Positions 10,060-18,900 of a stretch of DNA of 64,000 nt are shown here, piece after piece; position 1 is the stretch's first letter; the number at the start of each line of letters is the position of its first letter. The DNA is from Puniceicoccales bacterium. GTDB lineage: Bacteria; Verrucomicrobiota; Verrucomicrobiia; Opitutales; JAIRLM01. The notes beneath the pieces were generated by a model. The model saw only the letters and a list, made by a program, of their open reading frames with translations. It was not told the origin of the DNA and made no database searches. Location: NCBI GenBank assembly GCA_031268795.1, contig JAIRWT010000014.1, positions 29,383 to 93,382 of the forward strand. Direction: 5' to 3'. Made by a program: the position numbers and the translations under genes.

Positions 10060-12819
10060 ATGAAATTCGTGAACTCGTGGATCATGCGAGGTAAGCGTTC
10101 GGATGGCTTTGCGCTGTTGCTTGTATTGGGCATACTAGCCGTGCTTGGAGCTCTGATGCTGACCGCAGAACGGTTTGTTCGCATACAAACTTTGAGAACA
10201 CAAAATCAACTGCATGATGGCATAGCCAGGCAAAATGCATGGACGGCTCTCCGTGCCGCAATGGCCGAATTGAATGAAACCTATGACGGAGGTTGCTGCG
10301 TCACAGCACGGGCAAACATCAATGGCGAAACAATCCCCGAAGAACATTCCCTTTGGACGGGCGTTTGGAGCGTTATCGATGGCAAACCGGTTTTTAACCG
10401 CTGGTTGATTTCCCTCGCTGGCGATGCGCGTTTTCAAAGCACTGCCCCATGGGACGCCAATGCGGATGAAGTTGCCATTTTCAAAGATCTCGGCTTCGCC
10501 GATGCCTGCCCGCGGTTACCAATAATTTCAAACGAGAAGATTTCAGGACATTTTGCATATTGGGTTGAAGATGAATGCGATAAATTACGCATCAATTTGC
10601 CAACGCCTACCTTGGCATGGGACCACATCTTACAACAATTTTGCCCAAATATACTTGATCTCACTTCCGAAACGGCGCAAGCGTTGGTAAATTGCGTTTC
10701 CTTTTCGTCGATGCAGCGGTGTATGAGCGGGGAAATTAATGCCCTGTTCCATAATATAACATTGTGCAGCCGCGGGCTGTTGAAGAACACCGCCGGCGAA
10801 TGGCTAGAGGACCTGACGCTGAAATTGCAAAAATTACCACACGGCACCGGCGAGTACATTTTTTCCGGAGATCCATCCTATCCGGAGCCTCCACCCACAT
10901 TCGGACAGCTGGCGTCATTTTTCAATGCCACGAAGAATGTACATTCCTTAGGTATTCATCCCAGCGCCGCGGGTCCAAATTATCGCATTGTTTATCCGGC
11001 AACCAATGCGCTTAGCCACGGACTTGGAGATCTGCCGCAATCGGACCTTGGACTCAATATTCCAATTCAATGCGGTATTTATCCAATTCCCGTTGCTATG
11101 TTTGTGGCTGTTTCCGCAGAAGCCAATGCCAATCAGGCGAATATCCATTTGGAGCCAACAATCTTCATTTGGAATCCCTACAACGCCAATTTTGCAGCAA
11201 GCGCATATGTATTCCAATTACTTTCCGCCACTCCCAGCAACAAGGCTGGAACATTACCGGGCTTTTTAGTAGAAACCGCCGCAGGCAACACCACACTCGT
11301 CCGCCTGGGAATCAACGACGCTGGCCTCATTTTCCAGGGGGAGATTAAGACTGCATTGAATGCTGGCGAAGTGCGCGCCTTTGCCATCGATGATCAGCTC
11401 TCGCCCATAGCCATTCCGCTTAATCTACCGATGGATGTATCTACAATCACCATTCAACGGGCCAATTCAATGATTGGCGCCGTTTCCTGGTTCAACCTTT
11501 CCATGCGCCTCTTGGACGGTAATGGAAATTTACTACAGGAAATCAGTGATTTTGTTGATGGTGACGAGACTACAACCTACGTAATTCCACGGGATGGCGA
11601 ACGCCATGGGCTGTTTTGTTTTTGCGCCTGGGCAAATCTTGGGACCGGAGCGAATCAATGGCTAGCCCATTATGATCCGCGGGCGCCACAAATCCGACGC
11701 AACACATTTGAACATGCACCATTGTTTGGATTATCGGAACCTTTCCATCGCCATTTTGAGCCGTGGACGGTATATTTCTGCGATTCACCGAAAACTGGAC
11801 AATTCCCAGGATTCTTCGGGGATGGCTCCACATCGGCCATTCTATTCGATCTGCCAAGTGAATTATTTTCCATTGGCTTCCTGCAACATGTGCCTTTAAC
11901 ACCATTTTCCTACCATCCGGCGCAGGCGGTCGGTAATAGTCTTGCCTGTCCATTTATGTCCACGGATGTGCTACGATGGCATTTTATTTCACCACTGGAT
12001 CCCTGGAATAAACACGCCTATTTTCGTCAATCTATGCTCTTTGATTATTCATATTTGCTCAATGAGGCGCTTTACGACCATTATTTTGTCAGTGGTTTTA
12101 GCGGATTCCATGCCGACGAACCTCAATTTTTTACCACATGTCGACCAAGTGGGATAGGAAATAATTTTTACGACTCCACCCAAATTGCCCATAACCTTCT
12201 CCTTGAAGGAGCCTTCAATGTTAACTGCACCTCTGCGAAAACATGGAAACTGCTACTCCGGTGCATGCCCTTCGATCCAGGAACCAGGGCTTACTATTTG
12301 CCACATTTTGTGGGCCAGAGCTCCCTCGGGCCTAAATTCCAACGGCAACATCAATTGCTCGAAGATGACTTGGACCGGCTTGCCGAATGCATTGTTTCGG
12401 AAATTCAAAAATATGGGCCTTTTCCAACGTTAGGTGCATTTATTAATCGGGAATTATCCAACGGCGAACAAGCACGGGCAGGGTTGATCCAACGGGCCAT
12501 CAATATGTCCCGCATTAATTTAAATTTGGAAAGCCTTTCCCCATTGTCGGAGGACCGGCGCGAAGGATCATGGTTTAATGAGTCACTTGCCGGAGGGGCA
12601 ACCAATGCGCACGCGCCCGCCTTTGTAACGCAGGCGGATTTCTTACAGTTTTTTGGCAATCAGTTAATCGTCCGCTCGGATACCTTTTCCATCCGTGGCT
12701 ATGGAGATTCCGTAAGTCCAATTGACGGCACGGTATTCGCCAGAGCCATTTGTGAAGCGATTGTCCAGCGTATGGCCGATGGGCAACTGCAAATGCGATG
12801 TTTCCGGTGGATTCAATAG
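10060..12819 (+). CDS. Very large pseudopilin-like protein (GspK-like N-terminus)
   Basis: N-terminus MRGKRSDG|FALLLVLGILAVLGALMLTAERFVRIQTLRTQNQ...ARQNAWTALRAAMAEL follows the GspK/minor-pseudopilin pattern: basic leader, Gly-Phe, a hydrophobic helix with no Glu at +5, then R..T.N...A. The remaining ~850 aa is unrecognised. Confidence 0.4.
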   Translation: MKFVNSWIMRGKRSDGFALLLVLGILAVLGALMLTAERFVRIQTLRTQNQLHDGIARQNAWTALRAAMAELNETYDGGCCVTARANINGETIPEEHSLWTGVWSVIDGKPVFNRWLISLAGDARFQSTAPWDANADEVAIFKDLGFADACPRLPIISNEKISGHFAYWVEDECDKLRINLPTPTLAWDHILQQFCPNILDLTSETAQALVNCVSFSSMQRCMSGEINALFHNITLCSRGLLKNTAGEWLEDLTLKLQKLPHGTGEYIFSGDPSYPEPPPTFGQLASFFNATKNVHSLGIHPSAAGPNYRIVYPATNALSHGLGDLPQSDLGLNIPIQCGIYPIPVAMFVAVSAEANANQANIHLEPTIFIWNPYNANFAASAYVFQLLSATPSNKAGTLPGFLVETAAGNTTLVRLGINDAGLIFQGEIKTALNAGEVRAFAIDDQLSPIAIPLNLPMDVSTITIQRANSMIGAVSWFNLSMRLLDGNGNLLQEISDFVDGDETTTYVIPRDGERHGLFCFCAWANLGTGANQWLAHYDPRAPQIRRNTFEHAPLFGLSEPFHRHFEPWTVYFCDSPKTGQFPGFFGDGSTSAILFDLPSELFSIGFLQHVPLTPFSYHPAQAVGNSLACPFMSTDVLRWHFISPLDPWNKHAYFRQSMLFDYSYLLNEALYDHYFVSGFSGFHADEPQFFTTCRPSGIGNNFYDSTQIAHNLLLEGAFNVNCTSAKTWKLLLRCMPFDPGTRAYYLPHFVGQSSLGPKFQRQHQLLEDDLDRLAECIVSEIQKYGPFPTLGAFINRELSNGEQARAGLIQRAINMSRINLNLESLSPLSEDRREGSWFNESLAGGATNAHAPAFVTQADFLQFFGNQLIVRSDTFSIRGYGDSVSPIDGTVFARAICEAIVQRMADGQLQMRCFRWIQ

Positions 12820-12903
12820 ATCTATTGAAATCGCAAATTTGATTTCTGCGCAACTGGATGCTTTTTCATTGAAGCCAAAGGTCACATCCATCATAATTGC
12901 CCC

Positions 12904-13422
12904 ATGTCGGTTAGTATGCATCCGGGCGGGCCGCGTCCTGAGAGCCATCAGGCCTTCCCAGAGCCTGCCCAATCGGGAAAGCGGGCGGATACTTCGGCTG
13001 CGCAAAAAGATACCTCGTTCAAAACTTCACCGGAAGATTTCCAGGAAAATTTGGAAGATTCGACCGATGCGGGCGATACGGCCAGTGAACCAACCGCTAC
13101 CGACACTTCCGGCGAAAGCGCTAAAGCCACATCAGTTTCCGAAGCTGACAAGATAGTGGAAGAAAATGTGGAGACGTCTGACGGCGTGGATGCAGAAAAT
13201 CTGGTTGCCGCGGAAAAATCCCATGTCAGCACTTCGGTTGCGGGAGAGGTCGCGGAAGTCGACGTCAATTCGGAATATGATACCGAAGAAGAAGAGAACG
13301 AAGGTGGCGACGAAGTGGCTGACGAAGAGATGCGCATGGAAGAAAATTGCTGTGCGCCGGAGGAAGTTCCGCAGGAATTGGTTGGTGAGTACAACGATGG
13401 AAATCTTATCTTTAAAGTTTAA
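12904..13422 (+). CDS. Hypothetical highly acidic, low-complexity protein
   Basis: 172-aa E/D/S/T-rich ORF filling the gap between two same-strand genes. No recognisable motif. An antisense ORF (12948..13394) of similar length exists, so even the strand is uncertain. Confidence 0.35.
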   Translation: MSVSMHPGGPRPESHQAFPEPAQSGKRADTSAAQKDTSFKTSPEDFQENLEDSTDAGDTASEPTATDTSGESAKATSVSEADKIVEENVETSDGVDAENLVAAEKSHVSTSVAGEVAEVDVNSEYDTEEEENEGGDEVADEEMRMEENCCAPEEVPQELVGEYNDGNLIFKV

Positions 13423-13432
13423 TGGAGGGAAA

Positions 13433-15940
13433 ATGACAACAAAAGGTTTGGCGTCGGTCCGCACGACGCAGTGCAAAAATCCGCTTATTCCAGGACATCT
13501 TTCCTGGAGGGTTGATCAGGCGAAGGAACGCATCGTCAAGCACTTGGAAAGTAGGCTTGCCCGGGAGCCGCAAAGTGCCGTAACTCATGACTGGTTTCTG
13601 GCGAATGCCTACGCATTGCGCGATCGCATACTGGAGCGATTCATTAAAACGCAGTCGGCGCAGCATACGGCCAATTGTCGGCGCGTATACTATATGTCCA
13701 TGGAATATCTGATGGGTAGATTGCTGCGGGACAATCTCAATAATTGCCAGATGTTTGAGCTCAATGAAAAAGCGGTGCGCGAACTTGGTCTTAAATTTGA
13801 TACCATTGAGGAACAGGAGGCTGATATGGGTCTTGGTAATGGTGGCCTTGGTCGACTTGCCGCTTGTATCATGGATTCGCTATCCACATTAAATTATCCG
13901 GCGGTAGGGTATGGCATACATTATGAATTTGGTATGTTTCGCCAGGAATTTGATCAGTGCCAGCAAAAGGAATTGGCTGATAATTGGTTACTCCACGGAA
14001 ATCCATGGCAAATCAGCCGGCCGGAAAATATGCAAACCATCCCCATTTATGGGCATTTGGAAGATCACGTGGACGAGTCCGGTACCCATCGGGAAAAATG
14101 GGCCGGCTATTCCACATTGCGCGGTATTCCATGGGATATTCCCGTCGTTGGCTATGGGGCGCAAACGGTTAATTTTTTACGCCTCTGGGAGGCGCGTGCA
14201 TCGGACGAATTTGATCTTAATCAGTTCAATGCTGGTAATTTTTTAGAGGCGGTGGAAAAAAAGGCGGAAAGCGAAACCGTTTCCCGCGTTCTCTATCCAA
14301 ATGACTCCAGTGATTCCGGAAAAAAATTGCGCCTAGTGCAGCAGTATTTTTTTGCCGCCTGCTCCCTGTTGGATATCATTCGCCGCCACTTCAATGGGAA
14401 TAACACCTGGGACAATTTTAGTGAAAAAGTATGCATTCAACTCAATGACACCCATCCAACCATTGCCGTCGCCGAATTGATGCGCATTCTTTTGGATGAT
14501 AACGGTCTTCCCTGGGAAAAGGCGTGGGACATCACATCCCATGTTTTCAATTATACGAATCATACGCTGCTGCCTGAGGCACTTGAAAAATGGAGTGTGC
14601 CATTGTTTGAATTTGTTCTTCCTCGCCATCTGCGCATTATTTACGAGATCAATGAGCATTTTTTGAAAACGGAGGTCCAGGAACGTTATCCCAATGATGC
14701 GGAAAAGCTCAAAGCGCTTTCCATCATTGAGGAGGGTCCGACAAAATTTGTGCGTATGGCAAATCTAGCTGTTATCGGCAGTGAATCGGTCAATGGGGTC
14801 GCCGAAATGCATTCCCAGCTCGTGAAAAGCTCTTTGTTTCCGCATTTTGCCCAGCTTTTCCCGCAAAAATTCAAAAATGTGACAAATGGCGTTACCCCGC
14901 GCCGATGGATCAATTCTGCCAATCCGCGCCTTGCTGAGTTGCTTAACAAAACCATCGGTCCCGAGTGGATTATCGACCTCAGTCGTTTGCGAAGCCTGGA
15001 ACCGTATGCCAATGATCTTGCCTTCCGTAATGAATTTGCTCGCATTAAACTCCAAAATAAAAATGCCCTGGCTGCGTATATTAAAATCAGGTGTGGCATT
15101 GATATTAGTTCTGAGGCCATCTTCGATTCGCAAGTTAAACGCATTCACGAATACAAACGTCAGCACCTTAAATTACTACATATTTTGTCCCTTTACCACC
15201 GCCTGCTAAATGACCCGAAATTGGAATTTCCACCGCGTGTTTTTATCTTCGCCGGAAAGGCTGCGCCCGGTTATTTTATGGCCAAAACCATCATTCATGC
15301 CATTAATCTGGTGGCCAACCACATTAACAATGATTCGCGTATCGGGAATCGTATCAAGGTAGCTTTTATTCCAAATTACGATGTCAGCTCGGCTATGAAA
15401 ATTATTCCCGCTACGGACCTTTCGGAGCAGATTTCAACGGCTGGAACGGAGGCTTCTGGAACGGGCAATATGAAGTTTGCCATGAATGGCGCATTGACCA
15501 TTGGCACTTTGGACGGTGCCAATGTGGAAATTCTCGAGCAAGTTGGAGATGGTAATATTTTTATTTTTGGACACACCGCTTCCCAACTGGACCAGCTCCG
15601 GCCAATCTATGATCCACGCGATTTTTATCAAAAAGATGATGAATTGAGGCACATTTTGGACTGGATGCGATCGGATTTATTCGAACAAAACAATGGACTC
15701 AACCCCCTGCGGAGGATCGCAGAAAGTCTTTTAAACGAAGGAGATCGTTTCTTCATCCTTGCGGACTATCGCAAGTACATGGCCGCACAGGATCTAGTTT
15801 CCGAAGCATACCTCAATCAGGAATTGTGGTACTCCATGGCGATTTTAAATGTGGCACGCATGGGTAAATTTTCCAGTGACCGTACCGTGCAGGAATACGC
15901 CACCAACATATGGCAACTTAATGGAATTACCATAGACTAA
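13433..15940 (+). CDS. glgP: Glycogen/maltodextrin phosphorylase
   Basis: PLP-site signature EASGTGNMKFAMNGALTIGTLDGANVE, plus GLGNGGLGRLAAC. The ATG at 13433 is preceded by GGAGGGA (13424-13430). The track ORF extends upstream to 13166, but that extension overlaps the acidic ORF and has no phosphorylase-like sequence. Confidence 0.93.
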   Translation: MTTKGLASVRTTQCKNPLIPGHLSWRVDQAKERIVKHLESRLAREPQSAVTHDWFLANAYALRDRILERFIKTQSAQHTANCRRVYYMSMEYLMGRLLRDNLNNCQMFELNEKAVRELGLKFDTIEEQEADMGLGNGGLGRLAACIMDSLSTLNYPAVGYGIHYEFGMFRQEFDQCQQKELADNWLLHGNPWQISRPENMQTIPIYGHLEDHVDESGTHREKWAGYSTLRGIPWDIPVVGYGAQTVNFLRLWEARASDEFDLNQFNAGNFLEAVEKKAESETVSRVLYPNDSSDSGKKLRLVQQYFFAACSLLDIIRRHFNGNNTWDNFSEKVCIQLNDTHPTIAVAELMRILLDDNGLPWEKAWDITSHVFNYTNHTLLPEALEKWSVPLFEFVLPRHLRIIYEINEHFLKTEVQERYPNDAEKLKALSIIEEGPTKFVRMANLAVIGSESVNGVAEMHSQLVKSSLFPHFAQLFPQKFKNVTNGVTPRRWINSANPRLAELLNKTIGPEWIIDLSRLRSLEPYANDLAFRNEFARIKLQNKNALAAYIKIRCGIDISSEAIFDSQVKRIHEYKRQHLKLLHILSLYHRLLNDPKLEFPPRVFIFAGKAAPGYFMAKTIIHAINLVANHINNDSRIGNRIKVAFIPNYDVSSAMKIIPATDLSEQISTAGTEASGTGNMKFAMNGALTIGTLDGANVEILEQVGDGNIFIFGHTASQLDQLRPIYDPRDFYQKDDELRHILDWMRSDLFEQNNGLNPLRRIAESLLNEGDRFFILADYRKYMAAQDLVSEAYLNQELWYSMAILNVARMGKFSSDRTVQEYATNIWQLNGITID

Positions 15941-15970
15941 TTTATGCTTGTGGCGAATAGAAATATGCCG

Positions 15971-18900
15971 CTATGCGGAAGCCTTTGGTACTGCGTCAGA
16001 ATCGGTATCCAACTCTTCAAGCCTAGCAATCCCAGCCCTTGTGTGTCGCATGAATGTTGTAAAATCATCTTTCGCGATAGAGGCTGCTTTCCCAAACCAA
16101 TCAACTGCTCCTTTAAAATCATCAAATTTTGCAACACTCTCCGTTGCGTCATCGGATGCCATAGTAAATTGAATGAGGGGTTCCTCTGATTTGGGATTTA
16201 TTGCATCGGGGGGCGGTTCGGACGCTTTTTCGACGCACAGCTGAAGAAGTGGCAAGAAATTGCTGCCATCTTTTCTTAACTCCTGAACTATGCGCCTTTT
16301 TATATATCCAAGCTCACTACGCTGTAAAAATGGTATGGCCAATAATTCGTCAAAAGCTGAGTCTCGAACGCTGAAAATTAGTGGAAATCCACCGAGAACG
16401 ACAACAAGCATCCAGGCGAGGAGTGCTTGCGTTTTCCTAAAAAAGCTAAATGACGCCTGCAATGAGGCAATTGTCGCGTTACGTGTAGCAACTTCTGCGG
16501 AAATGCGCTCATAATCCCTATTGAACAAACTTTCAAGTGCGACATATGCATGATTTAAGATTTGCGAAACATTCTCATTTTCGCAAGTCCGTTTGCATTT
16601 TTCAGTTGCGCGCATCAACGCACCGTGAACCATATCTTGCAAGCCATCAAGACGCACGTCATTAGGATTGAAATCAACGCCACGAATTTCCTTTTCGAAG
16701 TATGCAATAAGCTCATCTTGCGCCTCCGCACGCTCTGGGGGTGTCAAGTCGTAACTATCACTTTTCGCATAGGCAAATATTCTTATCGCGTCCGCAACGC
16801 AGAGGATTACGTTGTCAAGAAACGCTGTTGCATTCATCTTTAGTTGCGTTTCCATTGCTTTAATTATCTGCGACGCTATTGATCCAGCTGCATCATCTTT
16901 TTCCATTGCCTCAAGGGAAAGGAATGTCTCAGCGGCGAGATGTATTTTATCACAAAATCGATCTATTTCTTCTGGATTGAATGGGCGACCCGAAATTATC
17001 ATCTCATAGATTAAAATTTGTTTTGTTTCAAGCTGCGACAATTCGATATCATCAGGGTAATATGCACAAAATCTCACAAAAACATCGCCCGGCAAACTAT
17101 TCAATACGGGCCCAGGAATTTTCCTTACAGTGTCTCGAGGCATTTTATCGAGACAATCTGACTGTACCATAATGGATACAAGTGAAGCGACATCATTTGG
17201 ATTCGGTGTCGTACTAACGGTTGCTACACATGTTTCGGCAAATGACAGCTTAGCCATTCCGCTTGGTCCGGATGTGGATTCATCTTCCGTAAAGAGGCGA
17301 CAGATCGCAGTTTCTTCGGATTCATCCAACTCTGGCAAGCCGTTCCTGCGTCGAAGCTGATTTGCTGCTGCAATCAAATATACGTAAGCCGATATTGCCG
17401 CTGGAGTGAATTCGCCGGGTTTTGCGTCTTTCATAAACCTATCCCTATACCATTTCGCAGGAATGCGATCATAATATCCAAAGAAAAAATAGGCGTCAAA
17501 AAGTTCCTCTCCCTTGTGCGGTAATGAACCTGGATTACCAAATAACACCGTACCGGTGCTGCTAAAAAGTACAGGCATTCCAGGCTTCCACGAATGCGCA
17601 TTTTTCATGTAAGAGGAAGCCTCCATACTATCTACTACGCAAGCATTTCCATTGCAATCAACTGCAACATATTTCGGCAATCCAACATGGTCAAATGGAA
17701 ATATTTCACATCTTTGCATGAAAGGTTGGATGTAATTTTTAGATACGTATAAGTTTATGAGATCAAATGGATTTGGGTTGCCCCCATCATCGCTTGAAAA
17801 TTTGATCATGTGACTGCCGACGCGAATCATATGCTCGCGATTAGCGATAAATCCTTCCGCCAAATCATAGTTAACCTTTTGTCGCGTTTCGAAACCCTCG
17901 CATGAGGTTTGAGTTGTGTTCACTTGACACATGGTAGACTGTTGTTGCATTTGGTTCTGATTTTGGTTTTGCTGTGTGACTTGTAGAACTTCGGTCTCTA
18001 CAAAATTCTCCACCGTTTGCTCTAGCTGCGCACCGGAACCTTCAGGGCCATTAGCCCCCGCAGCGAATGAAACATCTGAAAATCTTTCACATACTTCTTT
18101 TGCGTATATATGATACTTGCCTCCCTTATCGGAGGCGTTGGCTGGTGGGCGCATTACCGCTTCGTAGGCTTTCTTTATTTCGGCAAGGCATGGTAGATCA
18201 ACGTTATCATCCAAGGCTCGTTGGAAAAGTTCTCTCTGTCTATTCAAACTAGCGAGGAGGATTTCACTTCCGCGAACAAGATGGGCTCTAAATTCATTTT
18301 CAACAACCGGATCAATTCCCATTTGTGTAGTAAAAAGATGATCAAAAATTTGTCTTACATCCATTGCCTCTTCAAAAGACAGGTGCAATATGCCATCGGC
18401 AATTATCCCTTTAAATATATCTTTTTGTTCATTAATGGCTGCTTGAAACCTTAAGGCTTTATTATTTTCCCCCTCATTTCTGGCCGAAAGTTTGAGAACT
18501 CCAACAAATTTGTCTGCAGGAGACGCATCAGCAAGCGCAAAAATAGCTTTTGCCTGTGGACAGTTCGTTACGGCGATGGATGCCGTTTGGCCGACAAGGA
18601 ACTGACGCAGCCGCATCACTGCCTGTGCTAATTCCTCGGGTGTATTCGTACCAGTATTTAGCGTCACAATTGCGCCGGCATTTGGAATAAATTGAGCATC
18701 AGTTCCCGTGGAAAGCCTCTCGGAATAATATGCCGCACATGCATCCGGAACAAGTCCTGCGGCGCGCAAATCATCCGAAGTGATACCTTGAAGCGGTTTA
18801 TTGTTTGCACCGTGACCGCGAATATCATACGCCATAAATCCGCCTCCACCTGGATCCTCATAGGTTATCCAGTCGATTATATTGACTCCGTTGTCGGACA

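Noticed and set aside
12948-13394. 148-aa minus-strand Ser/Thr/Ala-rich ORF.
   Set aside because: It is the antisense shadow of the acidic plus-strand ORF and lies opposite to both flanking genes. Neither strand is strongly supported.
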